Source: Octopus sinensis (Eukaryota). From it: a stretch of 64,000 bases of DNA. The translations under genes were made by a program, and so were the position numbers. The notes under the pieces were generated by a model. The model saw only the letters and a list, made by a program, of their open reading frames with translations. It ran no database searches and was not told the DNA's origin. The stretch is from contig NC_042999.1 of the NCBI RefSeq assembly GCF_006345805.1, forward strand, positions 127,782,001-127,846,000, given 5' to 3'. Shown in pieces: positions 14,190-27,619 of this stretch; position 1 is the first letter of the stretch; the number at the start of each line of letters is the position of its first letter.

Positions 14190-15950
14190 AATACCTACAT
14201 GCGCCCGTGGGAAAAAAAAAACCGCTGCAAGGAATTGTTTACCTATCTTCGATGATATTTGCAATCCGAAAATTGGATTATACCATAGGACCTCGGATTT
14301 TTTGTATATTTTGTTTGGTTCCTTTAACCTATTTTGTGTGTTGTTGGCATTTTGTGCGTCGCTTTTGCAATTATTGTTATTCTTTCGGGTTCTGTTTATT
14401 TTTTCCTATCTTTCCATTGTGTCTTGGGTGTCTATTATGTGTTTGTTGTTGTCTTCCATGTGTGTTTTCTATTTTAGGTGTGTGGGTGTTAGTATTATTT
14501 AGGGCTTCGCTTGGTGTGAACTTGATTTTTTCCTTATACCCTACCCTAGCTAGTGCTTCATTGTAGTAAGGTGAATGAATGTTGAATATTGTCTCGTTGG
14601 CTGATAGGTGTGATATTCTGGGGACTAAGTTCCTAACTATTCTTTTGGTTATGGATGGGAGATGACTGGACTTTACCTTTATGTATCTAAGACTCTCGTT
14701 CAGTTTGTTGTATGGTTCGTACATCCCTGTTTCTAAGTTAAAATTAGCATCTAGGAAATTTACCTTACGGTAATTACTGTCTATGGTTATAGATAGGCTG
14801 AAATTTTTAAATAATGTGTGCAGTTTTTTTCTTTGTCTCTCTATTTCTACTTTGGTACAGCTATCTATTACGAAAAGAGCATCGTCTCTGTATAGAACCC
14901 CCGCTATTTGTGGTAATAAATACGATATAAATTTGTGGTAATGAATACGATATAAATTCCTGCGATATCCGTGACCTGAGCTGAGTCGCTCCAACTCATT
15001 GGTGTATCGAAAGAATTCGTTCTATCTGATCTCGTCCATAGTTTGCTGTCGTAATTAATAACGGTTTCTCGTGACGTCAACACTATGTCTACATCTGGCT
15101 TAGATAAGCTAGAGCTTTTCATTGCAAATATGAGTGCTTTATTGAGTATTAAAGGGTTAATTGTAGAGTGGTAGTTATCTGTATCTACTTGTATAAATTT
15201 GGAGTTTTTTGTTTTTTCTATTTTTTAAAACCATGCTATTACTTCCTGAGTGTCCGACCATAAGGAAAGCCCAATCTTAATTTTGAGTTTGGGCATTATT
15301 TTATCTATGATGTTTTTGCTTATACGTCCGATGTCCGATTTCGATGGACATATTAGTTTGACTTTAGGGTCGCTGTCGAAGTTATTTTTTGTGGTCTTTA
15401 AGGTTTATCCTAGGTTTTCTTGGGACATATGGTTCCGTCCAATCGTTTGTCTCTAGACTTTTTACTATTTCAATTCCTTGTTTATATCAGTTAAGTTTCC
15501 AACTGCTATCTTCACGAAGACCAGACCGCTTATCCTGTCTCTCTCATAAGCTGTCTCCTTAAGCGTTCAGAATAATTTTTCCATCGTCTTGGCTTAACAA
15601 CCCTCATCGTTTGTTTTTACTGAGTTATTCTCTTTGTTCTGTCTTTTACTGTTTTTACTTTTATTGTTTTTACTGTCTTGTTTTGTTCTTACTGTCCTGT
15701 TCTTGTTATCACTTTTACTCTCCGCAAAAAATCCCAAATTTTATTTAATTTGCTTTGCAGGAAGGATTGTTTCAACGAAGTCGCGTCTTGTCCTTACCTT
15801 CGGGACGCGGAGTAGACAAAACAGGGACAACTGAAGAAGGGGAATATTCTTTATGTCATATGTCTTGTACTCTGTTTCTTCGTTGTTTGAAAAAAGTTCG
15901 TTTCCATGTTTTTGTTTTTGTATTTTCGTTTCTCATGGTGTTCAACGTAT
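14190..15950 (-). mobile_element. Penelope-like retroelement with disrupted reverse transcriptase, broken off before the GIY-YIG domain
   Basis: FDTPMSWSDSAQV (FDVTMGSYDGAEV-like), GVLYRDD, VNFLDANFNLETGMYEPYNK, SSHLPSI, and VLWYNPIF at ~14250-14290. Confidence 0.9.
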
Positions 15951-16139
15951 TTTTTTAATGTCCTGTACCCATATATGTATGTATATATAATTTAGATGTA
16001 GGTATTACATATATGTATGTATATATGCATATATTTATATATCATTTATATTATTATGTGATCGAACGCCACGCATCCTTTTCCAAGTAAGTTTTATATA
16101 CAAATATATATACGCGTGCGCGTGTGTATTTTACTGTAT

Positions 16140-16350
16140 CCTTTCTTTGACATCGCGTGATTGTGGCAAGCAGGTGTCACTGTCATGTAAGCTGTGTCCT
16201 TGCCCTTTGTTTCCATTCTTTCATGCAAGCATATCTGGGCATGGGGAAATATTACCTTTCTTGGAAATAAGTACGGCTTTGCAACAGGAAGGGCATCCAG
16301 CTGTACAATTCCGTTTGATTCATGCAAGCCTACGAAAATAGATGTTTCAT
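16140..16350 (+). mobile_element. Short element sharing its 3' tail with the RTE LINE
   Basis: caacaggaagggcatccagctgta...catgcaagc matches the RTE 3' end at 35510-35640 in reverse complement. Confidence 0.6.
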
Positions 16351-16708
16351 GTGCGCGCGCCTTGTGTAGATGCTAACACTTTTACCGATACGTTACTACT
16401 GTATCAGATTTTTTAAGTGCTTCTGTATGTCTATATGCTTCTGTGTAGGTGCAGATATTTACTCGATTGTTGACATCTATCAATGGTTTCTCCTATAGTT
16501 TTGATACCCCATTTTCTATCATTAGTAAAAGAGTCGGCATTTTATATAAGGGTATGCTATTAAATACACACACATGTGCGCACACACAAACACACGCACG
16601 TATCTGCCTAGCTATGTGTGTGTGTGAGTACGCGTGTATATGTTTATACATTTATATGTATGTATATACTTTTCGTTTACACGCACAGAATACGCGCGTG
16701 CACACACA

Positions 16709-16740
<32 letters not shown>

Positions 16741-16849
16741 GATCGATCGATAGATAGATAGATAGAAATAGTTATGGCTAGGGTTAGCCTGGGTTTCACG
16801 TCCATAAAGCGCGCTTAACCTTACGTGGAGTGTACTCCTTCAATATTGT

Positions 16850-17150
16850 AATCTACCTACTACACATCTTCAAGTATGCCATTGATTCATTGAGAGAATT
16901 TATCTAGAAGCTTCGTGCCGAATGCGAATTGCAATACTTGTCCTTGATTACTTGGGTTCATTTTCCGGGTGGCAGCTCCAGATGAATCTGTAATTAGTTC
17001 TATGGTGTTTGATTTATGAGTAATCCGGTACTTGTGTTATGCAGGGTGCTGCTATGTCATTTGTGTAATGGCCGAGTTCTTTTATCACTACTGCAGTGAG
17101 TCGTTCCGTCTTGAGTTATTGAAAGGTTGCTGTGACGAAAGCAAGCGGTC
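16850..17150 (-). pseudogene. Old RTE-clade endonuclease N-terminal fragment
   Basis: TERLTAVVIKELGHYTNDIAA and YRFIWSCHPENEP resemble RTE PERRTALVARELARYNIDIAAL and YTFFWSG. Confidence 0.5.
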
Positions 17151-17213
17151 CCTCATCCCCAAATTGTTTCAACTGGATGGCCGTTGACTCCCTGCCAATA
17201 TATATGAAGCCAA

Positions 17214-17428
17214 AGGCGGCGAGCCGACGGAATCGTTAGCACGCCGGGCGAAATGCTTAGCGGCATTTCGTCCGTCTATATGTTCTGATTTCAAATTCCG
17301 CCGCGGTCGGCTTTGCCTTTCATCCTTTCGAAGTCAATAAAATAAGTAGCGGTTGAGTACTGGGGTCGATGTAATCGACTTCACTCCCTCCCCGAAATTG
17401 CTGGCCTTGTGCCAAAATTTGAAGCCAA
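17214..17428 (+). mobile_element. SINE family B; copies at 4250-4370(+), 5025-5240(-), 19470-19585(+), 21545-21900(-), 30277-30630(-), 40490-40650(-), 43022-43250(+), 49366-49480(+)
   Basis: Shared ggcagaatcgttagc...aaatgcttagcg..tttcgtc...ttctgagttcaaattcc...gactttgcctttcatcctttcg. Confidence 0.8.
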
Positions 17429-17485
17429 TATGTGTGTGCGTATGAGTGTGCTCGTGTGTGCGCGCGCGTGTGTAGACAGACAGAC

Positions 17486-17541
<56 letters not shown>

Positions 17542-18541
17542 GAGGTCACATACATACGGAGAGTGGACTGCTGGGCTATCTACCTACCTACCTACCTTCA
17601 TACATACATAACGATTGCCTCATCTTGTAAGATGATACTGTCTCATAGTCAGCCTGATTGTTTTGATTTACTTTCATCTTTGCATGTACGGGGATATGAC
17701 TTTTCACCACGCATCCAACGCCATAGAACTTAATAAAATGCGAAACGGATCAAGAAATGACACGACAGTGAGACATCTGTACGTCATTGAATTTAAGTAA
17801 CAAATGCTTGTCATTCTGATCTCATGGCACTCCAAACTTCATTCATATGGTTATATGATAACATGAATATATACATATGAACGTTTGTGTGTGTGTGTGG
17901 CACTCGTTTGTTCTTCGTAGTATGTTCCAGTGACAAGCGTTGCAAAATGACTAGCTCTATTTCGATTGCAATTTTTTAATGTCAGAGTATTTTCTCCAAG
18001 AAGAGCTGCTTTCCCCCACGATTTTGTCAGAAATAATGTGAACCTCTTCCACCCTTGGGAAATCTATTTAACATACAGATGGGTCCATGACAGGTACTAA
18101 TGTTTTAGGTCAGAACAGAACTGGGAGTAATGGTAATTAAGGGATAACTCCACACTCCCTACAATTCCCGGACTCACCAACTGGGGTTTCATCTCCGAAT
18201 GGATCTAATGTGTCGTCCAACGACCCTCACATCGTTAGAAGATATACGAAGGTTCCGCAATTTCTTGCTGAACAACCTCACAAATGATTTGTTTATAGTG
18301 ATCAAATGTTTATGCTGTATATAAGCTAACTCCCTCCACCAAATCGACATTACCTGTACAGGTGCGTGACGTGCCACAAGTCAGATGACGAAGAGATCGC
18401 AGAGTTACGTGAAACGAAGTGTTTTACTCAAGAACACAACGCAACGCCCGGTCTGAGAATTGAATCCACGATCTCGCAAACGTGAATGCCATAACCTAAC
18501 CACTAAGCTATGTACCTTCACGCGCGCGCGCGCGTGCACAC

Positions 18542-18572
<31 letters not shown>

Positions 18573-18673
18573 GCACACACGGTTCGTAGATAAAATTAGT
18601 TGGAGTGCTGCTTCAGAAAATTTTTTGTGTAAAAGGAAACAAACATAAAAAGATCTGATCCTACCAATCTTCT

Positions 18674-18771
<98 letters not shown>

Positions 18772-19119
18772 ATCACACACGCACGTACGCACACACATAC
18801 AAATACACAAGCGTTCATATGTATGTATATACATGTTGTCATATTACCATATGAATGAAGTTTTGAGTACCATGAATGAGATCAGAATGACGTGTTCAAG
18901 TACGTGTGTTGAGATATTGAAACCTGCGTAAACGTGCTAAAAATAGATGTAATCAAACAAAAGATACATATAATGCATTAGCAATAAATTTTTCCTAAAC
19001 GACACACCCATTCATTTTTATAACCACCCTGCCAACACATCTATCCAGATCAATGTCAATACCAACAGAAATATTTATGTTTTAATTTTGTTTTTAATGT
19101 ATTTAAAAAGAATTTTAAA

Positions 19120-19363
19120 ATAGAATGGTTGTATACTGTCAATTTAACGTGACAGTAGGGGATTACACCACCGCTGTTTAGCCCTAGAAAGCATCGACGC
19201 CTCCTGATGGCTTCGACACATTTTTTCCTGTGTCCTTATATATTTACGGACACAGGAAAAAATGTGTCGAAGCCATCAGGAGGCGTCGATGCTTCCTAGG
19301 GCTAAACAGCGGTGGTGTAATCCCCTACTGTCACGTTAAATTGACAGTATACAACCATTCTAT
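19120..19363. repeat. 244-bp palindrome: 116-bp arms, one mismatch, 12-nt loop
   Basis: 19120-19235 is the reverse complement of 19248-19363; loop TTATATATTTAC. Confidence 0.97.
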
Positions 19364-22300
19364 CGCCACACCACCGTACATATCTCTGAGATATTTAGAA
19401 ATTTAATATTTCTAATTTTAAAATATTTTTTGGTGATATTGATATTAACCTGGATTTTAATATATATATATATTTAAAATTATTGGGTCGATAAAATAAG
19501 TATCAGTTGAATATTAGGGTCGATGTAATTGAGTTACCCAGCTCCCTCGAAATTGCTGGCCTCGTGCCAAAAGTTGAAACCAACATATTAAAAATTCTTA
19601 ATATTACCATAATCCTATTTCTTGTGTTTTAAGATTCGTAGTTTGATATTTTTTATCTTTTATTTTTTTTACTTGTGTCAGTCACTGGACTGCGGCCATG
19701 CCAGGACACTACCTTCAAGGGTTTTGATCGAATAAATGAACCCCAGTACTTATTATTTTTTCAACGTATGGTGCTTATTCTACTGGGTTCTTTTGCCGAA
19801 TCGCTAAGTTACGTAGACGTTAACAAACCCTCATCGACTGTCAAGCGGTGGTGGGAAGCAAACCCAATACAAACACAAACACACACATATAGATATAAAC
19901 GTAAATACATACATACACATATACATGCATGTATGCATGCACACACAAACACATACATACATACATACATACATACATACATACATACATACATACATAC
20001 ATACATACATACGCACACACATGCATACGACGAGCTTCTTTCAGTTTCTGTCAAACAAATCCACTCACAAGACTTTGGTCGGCTTGAGGTTATAGTAGAT
20101 GACACTTGACGAAGAACTGAAACCAAGACCACATGGCTAGGAAGCAAGCTTCTTACACTCACAACTACACCTGCACCAATAATATACGAAAAATTTTAAT
20201 TAAATATTTTATCAATGTTATTATGAAAATATTTCTCGATATTTTGTAAGGTTCATAAATCATTCTACAGACAAACAGTATATTTGTGTTAAAAATAAAA
20301 ATAAAAAATGGACCACCTCAATAAATCTTTAAAATGCTGCATAGAAAATACATAAATCATTAATTAGCAAATCATCCAACAATGATTAATTGATGAGGTT
20401 TATTACACGGGAACAGGTATGGCTGAGTAATTCAGAAGCTCTCTTCGCAACTACGTGGCTTCAGGATCAGTCCCATTGCGCGGCATCTTGGTCCCGGCTT
20501 TAGCCTTCATAACTGAGACCAAGGTATAGATCAAGATCTTGACTGTTTAAAATGGAATAGTGAACATATCTGCAAACTACTTGTAACCCCCTAACCAGGA
20601 CCGGTGTACCGAATAATGGAAGGTCATTTTAACTTCTTTTCGGTTCGAGGTATCCATAGAAACTCACAAAATCTCAGATTTAGTCACTGAGCAATTAGAC
20701 ACAAACTTGCTAACAAAGGACAAAAAAATGATTACATGTGCTTATCTGTTAGCTGACGTCAATTCCAAGTGAAACGTGCTATCGGCTACATTCGTGCGTG
20801 AAATGATAAATATGTTAGCTGGAGTATAAATATCGTTAAGACATATCGTTTGACTAGAGAAGGCGCACGGATTTGTAAATATATTAGTTAAGGTTTTCAT
20901 AGGCGTGGTTGTGTGGTAAGAAGTTTGCTTTCCAACCACACGGTTCCGGGTTCAGTTCCATTGCATGACACTTTGGGCAAGTGTCTTCCACTATAGCCAC
21001 GGGCCGCCCAAGGCCTTGTGAGTGAATTTGGTAGACGAAAACTGAAAGAAGCCCGTCATATATCTGTGTGTGTGTGTGTGTGTGAGTGTGTGTGTGCACC
21101 ATCCCTACACCACTTGATAACTAGCATAGCGGTTCGGCAAAATATACCGATAGAATAAGTACCAGGCTTTTACTGGGGTCGATCCATTCGACTGAAAATT
21201 CTTCAAGGTGGTTCCTCAGCCTAGCTGCAGTCTAATGACTGAAACAAGTAAAAGATAAAAGATATTAATAGTTGTGCATTTCATATTGTTCTTCAAAATT
21301 TTAAGCTTTAAAACGTTTTTTTTTTTTTACTTTCCATACAAATTACGACTGTTTTTACTTTCAATACGAAGTGCGCCATAGAGCCAGAATGGTTGAAATC
21401 GTGGAGGTTTCCTTTGTGTTTTATCGAAGTTCTTTTTCTTGAATTTATATATTCAGCTTTAATGGGTGTGCCATGAAGAATGTTAAGGAATACTTTTCCC
21501 AATCACGAGGTCTTCTTTAGATACAACAATTGTTTCTAATTTTGACACCAGCAATTTTGAAAGGTGTAGGTAAGTCGATTACATCGACCCCATTACTTTC
21601 CTGGTATTTTATTTTATCCACCCTGAAAGTATGAAAAGAAAGGTTGACTTCGATGGCATTTGAACTCAAAACATAAAGAGTCTTTAGATGCAAAAATAAT
21701 CCTTTCTACCACAGACACAAAGCCTGAAATTTTTTAGCGGAGGGGGGGACTAGTTGATTACATCGGCTCCAGTGCTCAACTGGAACTCATTTCATCGACT
21801 CCGAAAGGATTAAAAACCAAAGTCGACCTCAGCGGAATTTAAAATCAGAACGTAGAAACAGACGAAATGCCACTAAATATTTTGTCTGGCTTGCTTGTCC
21901 TGCCAGCTTATCGCCTTTTTTGATAATATAAGTAAAAGACTATGAATTTCGCTTCCTAACCACATGGTTTTGTGTTCAATGCCAGCGCGTAGCATTTTGG
22001 AAAAGTGTCATTTAAGATCGCCATGGGTCGAGCTTAGCCTTGTGAGTGAGATTTGGTAGACGGAAACCATATGGAGGCCAGTCAGATGGATTATACTTCA
22101 AAGGGTGTAGATGTAACAGTTGGATTCGACCCCACGTTTTGCCAAGTAGAAATTACAAGTCGATCATGTGCGCAAATTTTGTTCGGTCCAATCAACGGCT
22201 GTTCACATAATGGTCTGGTGGTATGACTAAAACCTTTCGTAAACAGAGCCTACAAATACAGCTCATTTGAGGGTGAAAACTTGAGGGTGATTCCGATCTT

Positions 22301-22947
22301 TGGTGGTGTTCACCTCTTCATATTCAATTTGGTAGACGAAAACTGAAAGAAGCCCAGGATGGGAGTAGAAAACACACTACTGCAACAAGAATATTTATTG
22401 ATGTACAAAAATTAGCCCGAATATTGAATTTCTTTCTTTCCGCACTTGTCATGCATGTTGTTTCATCCGAATATTCCTTTTCTTGTATCGCATGAACATT
22501 TTCTGTATTGATATAGCAATAAATTATGTTCATTTACATAAAGCAAACCTTCTCCCACTTGCTACAATGGTTTGTACTTCAAATGTCCGCCTTGTTACAC
22601 GCTATGTCACGCTGTTTCTGCCAGAAAATTCAGTCAAAGGAACACGTGTCTGTGGAATATTCAGCCATTCACACACTAACTCAATGAACAGGCACATCAA
22701 TTGATCGAACAACTGAACATCCATCGTCGAAGGCGACTGAGATCCATTTATGTCTACTTACTTTACATCCAACGTATTTTAAACCTAATTGCATAGATGT
22801 GAGACCCTGAGATAATGAATGTTTTGGCAGAACGTCTAATTCCTGCTTTATTTTTTTTATTTTTACTTGTATTAGTTGTCAATAATTTGAGAAAACAATT
22901 AATCTAATTATAAACCTAATGTTTCATCTTGTTTTATTTTTGTTTAG

Positions 22948-23035
22948 AAATCCTGAAAGACTTGATAAAAAACTGCCACTTTCAAAGGTCACGTGCAAAT
23001 GATGTTATTATAAAGCAAGGAGATATAGGTGACGC
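22948..23035 (+). CDS. CNB gene exon 2 ((E)ILKDLIKNCHFQRSRANDVIIKQGDIGD(A))
   Basis: Acceptor ttttgtttag|, donor |gtaagt, phase 1 to 2. IIKQGDIGD is the CNB beta2 motif. Not in the ORF track. Confidence 0.9.
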
Positions 23036-24057
23036 GTAAGTAACTTCTGATTTATATGACACATCCTGTGAGGAGTCGACGTGGGTGAAGTACGGTCCGC
23101 GGGACTTTCTGAATGGCAAGCCTAACGAAAAATTAACTTGAAATTTTTTAGTAGTGGGATCCACCAGATGATGAGTCATGTTTCTTGTGACCCTCCTCTT
23201 GAAAAAGGCTACCCATGTCTGATCAACGTGATCGCTCGAACTACTAGAAATACCACCAAATTTCCTTTAAATCAAACTGTACCATCTTTAAAAAAAAAAG
23301 TTAAAGGGGCACGCTAAGCAACGTAGTCCAAGATATACTACATTACGGGATGGTCACGACTGAAGCATCTTTGATGGCTGAGAGTATCTTCGCTCGGTCC
23401 TGATCTAAAATTAACTTGCAGAACAGTAGTAACATAAGTGAGAAGATAAACTCTAAAAAAAAAAAAAATCATATACTTTGTTGTAACATTAAATCGACCC
23501 TGTTTTCTCACATGTTGCTACTCTTCTTGTTAAATTTTAGGTCAGGGCCGAGCGAAAAGACTCTCAGCCATTAAGGATACTTCAGTCGTGACCTTCCCGT
23601 AATCTAGTATATCTTTATTTTTAAAGATGGTACGGTCGAGTAGCTCTACCATCAAAGATGTTACGGCCGTGGCTGTCACGTGTGTATATATATCAAAGAC
23701 TATATTATCCAATGCGTTTTTCTATAAGACTCTAGGTGGTAACCTGAAGAATATATTTGCTACTATTTCTAGTACTTCAATCTGCTGCACACAGGCTCAC
23801 TTTCTCAGTGATTACCTCTGCTATATTTATATCATTCTGTGGGTTTTTTTTATGACTAATCATAAATCCATTATTACAAGTATCAAGTACCACAAACAAA
23901 TTGTTTTACCGTAATTATTTACAATATTTCACCTCCGTACTGGAAATCTCACCACGTTTTACTTTCAACCTTATGAGCTCGACAAAAAATAGTTCTAATC
24001 AAATACTTGACTCGATTTAATCGATCACATTATTCCCATAAAATCTGTGTTCCTGTG

Positions 24058-24471
24058 TTTGTTGTATCTCGGGAGGGTCATTGTGCTAATAATAAACACA
24101 CGCACTGGTTCAATTACGCTTCTTTAATTATCATTAGTTAATTGGTTAGCTATTTAACCGACAATCTAATCTACTATTTGATTAATCATTCGCTTAATCA
24201 ATCAACTAGTTGTTTTCAGACCTGAAACTGGAGTACAGAGAGAGAGAGAGAGAGAGAGAGAGTGCATGTCTTTGAAGAGGTCGTGAATGGCCAAGAAAGA
24301 ACATTGGCAAACACAACTGATTGATTGGTTAACCGAATGATTAATTAATCAAACAATCAATTAGTTAGTTGGTTAGATAGCTAACCAATTGGTTAGTAAT
24401 AATAAAGAAGTGAAATCGAGCCAGTACGTGTGTTTATTGTAGGCATAACATCCCTCCCGAGATACAACAAA
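24058..24471. mobile_element. MITE with long imperfect inverted arms; partial copies at ~26243-26450 and ~46885-47015 (inverted)
   Basis: Perfect 20-bp TIR TTTGTTGTATCTCGGGAGGG, diverged complementarity for ~130 bp inside, central (AG)n. Confidence 0.85.
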
Positions 24472-24749
24472 ATCTGTTTCAACACACAGGCTCACATTAA
24501 GAATCTCGCAAACAAAATACCAAAACGAAATATTATAAGCTCTTGACTCGTACTCTCTTATTTTATTTTACTTTTTACTCCAAAAGGATAAAAGACAACG
24601 CAAAAAATGTAAATCCTGATAAAATAAAGGGATGTAAATAAATGAGTTTTATTCAGGGCTGAATAGTGGTTTACTATATCACTCTACAGTACAGATGCAA
24701 AGCCACTGGAGAAACGAATAAAAGATATCTTGAAACGTAATCAGAGAAG

Positions 24750-27615
24750 CATCAGCTTTTGGATGGTGCCAATCTAATGATAACTCTGTTCAGACGGCTG
24801 TAATAAGTCATTCGATAAAAAAATATAGTACAATGAATTCATAGAACAAGGCTGTAACTTTAAATACCTTTACTCTCGGTCTCAAATATATACAAGTTGA
24901 ATGATAATGGAAAGAGTTCATAAGTGAAGAGCCGTGTTCATTTTCTGTGTACTATCTCATGTCTGCTAGCTGTCTGCGTGTATACGAGAGCAAGCTAGGT
25001 CATGTCTTTACGCTCAGGCATCTCGATGCGAAAGAGTAAGTGGGAGGGCTTCGTGACCGAACCTTAGCGCTGCTTGCGCCATCTAGTGGAGAGCTATTTT
25101 AAACAGCCGCGCCGTCAAGGGATGTAACTGCGCCTACAAGCTCAAATGACTGGCTCAACTGGAAGGGAGAAAAATGATCAAATCAGAAGGATTTACGAAA
25201 ATACACACACACACACACACAAACACACGTACTCGCTCACTCACATACAAACACACACATGGGCATATACATATATATGTATATCTAAAGTAGACGCAAC
25301 TGAGGCAGTATTTATTAAAATTGTCATCTATCTATCATACTTATTGATCAGTGTCGCCCTCTACCGGACTACTTGACGTGTTTCTGGCTCCTTAGCCTTT
25401 CTCAATAGCAAATACCGAAGCGACTGGCTTACGCTCACACACCGCCCGATCAGCGCTGCTGCTACCACTGCTATTATTACAAGATATATATAGGTCGGTT
25501 GAAGAGGATCAAGACTCTCACTTGCATTGCTCTCAGCATGTATATACAGCGGCCATAGTATCGAGAACAAATGTACAATTTTGTGTATCTCTTTAGTAAT
25601 GCATTCATCATTACTTCGGTAAGCACGATGAGTCGATGCTTCACTGACGAAACTAGAATAACACCGAAACATGTCCACAGTTGCTTCACTTTACTTGTCG
25701 GACGAAAATGAAATTAATATTGAGGACTGTGTTTCTCTCTCTTTCTCCCCCCCTCTCTCTTTCTCTCTTACTTCGCTGCATATTACTTCTAGTTAGTCTT
25801 TACTGTCATATGAGTTAAATATATGAACTCTATGTAAGAGACTGTTTCTTGGACTCTTAGTCAAGAATCGAAGTCTTAATTTAGATTTTCCTACGAGATT
25901 TTTTTTGTTTCAGCGTTAGTACTTGGAAATAGATGAGGCCGCCTGTTAAACTTATCTTGGTTCCTTTGTTTGAGTTAGAACCCTACGGTCATTTGGAGGT
26001 TATAATAGATAAGACATATATATTCCTTTTGGTCTCGAACATACATTCTGTTTTACCCATAGGTATAAATAGGAACTATGAGAGAACATTAGTGGTCAAT
26101 TTTCCTACGCTTCAACACGTTGTGCCTCTTTCGCTTTCTAGCAAGCAGTTTTCACTAAGAGACATACATCTATGGGTGCGCGAGCATCATTCTTGTCATT
26201 CTGATTGTACTACTGAACTGCCAACTACTACTAAAGCCTTGTCTCGGGAGGATCATTATACAAATAATAAACACACACACTAGTTCAATTACACTTCTTT
26301 ATTATCATTAGTTAATTGGTTAGCTATTTAACCAATAATCTAATCTATTGTTTGATTAATCATTCGATTAATCAATCAATCAGTTGTATTCAGACCTGAA
26401 TCTGACCTGGAGAAGAGAGGGAGAGCGCATGTCATTGAAGAGGTTGCGAATGGCGTGCAAATAAATTGTGTAAGCAATATTTTTCGTTTTCATGTTGATT
26501 ATTACTCTGTCTGACAGAGTTTGAACAATTTAATTGTAATTTAACCTGTTACATTTGGTGAGCCCGGACTAAAGAACCACAACTTTTGTTACACCTGTTT
26601 TACTAATTCAAATCAAAGCTTAGTTCCTAAAAAGCTAAGGAATGACCAAATTCATGGGGAATACAACAAAATTATCAAACAGCTAATGAGTTTGTTACAA
26701 CTACTGTAACCAGGGTTCAAACTTTATTGTATTTTAGATGATTGTGGTCTCACCTGATGAAACCATCTAATAACGACTCCGTTCAGAAAGCTGGAATAGA
26801 AGATGCCATTCGAAGGAAGAATATTATACAATTGTTATCCGTATGAATTCCGAATAACACTGGCCGTTAAATATAACTTCTTTTATGTGAAAAGAAGAAA
26901 AATTCTCCTGGAAAGCTGTGTCTTGGAAGAACAACGTTGTAATTTCAGTTGCAACACGAGGAAAAAGTGATGAGCAGTTCCCGCTTTAAAATGGTGCCAA
27001 AAATTTTGGAAGAGAAGACAATATGGCGGTTTAGCTGCGTAGACAAAGTCGAACAGGAGAAAAAAAGAATGCATGTATCCACGGATTCAGAAATTCGTCC
27101 AATATGGGTCACCAAGCTTAGAATGTGTACGAACATGGAGGGTTAGCAATTTATATGAATATTTCATTATGAAAATATTGACACGCGGGGTCACCATTTT
27201 AGATGGTTGCGGTCTCACGTGGTGAAACCATCTAATAACGACTCCGTTCAGAAAGCTGGAATAGAAGATGTCATTCGAAGGAAGAACACTGTAAATGAAT
27301 ATTCACAGAACCAAGCTGTAGCTTTTAAATGCTTTTACTCCAGGTCACATATATGCACAAGTTGAATAAATCACAAAAGATATTTACAAGTGAAAGGCCA
27401 TGTTCAGCTTCCGTGTATCCTATGTTATAGCTGCTTAAAGACTATTAACCGTTGCGTGCCTCATGCAAGAGCTAAAGAAATCACGTCCTCGCACGCTGCT
27501 GGTCGCGGTGACAAGAGAGAGGATCAAGTCCCGGAACCTCAAAGTTACATGCTGTTCCACCTAGTGGCGGGCTATTTAGACAGCTGCCGTCAGGAGAGGT
27601 AACTGCGCCTACAGT
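24750..27615. repeat. Diverged direct repeats: ~24750-25140 vs ~27220-27615, and ~26737-26830 vs ~27198-27290
   Basis: For example cca(t/c)ctagtgg..gctattt..acagc..ccgtca.g.ga.gtaactgcgcctaca in both long copies. ccatctaataacgactccgttcagaaagctggaatagaagatg is identical in the short pair. Confidence 0.8.
25076..25089 (-). promoter_or_regulatory. CTCF core consensus match CCACTAGATGGCGC
   Basis: Exact fit to CCASYAGRKGGCRS. Motif only; no binding data. Confidence 0.5.
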
Positions 27616-27619
27616 CTGA

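Noticed and set aside
15821-15875. CTGAAGA core with flanking stem, hammerhead-like; homologue at ~10660-10710
   Set aside because: Both copies have TTTATGT where GAAA is required, so the family itself lacks the catalytic core.
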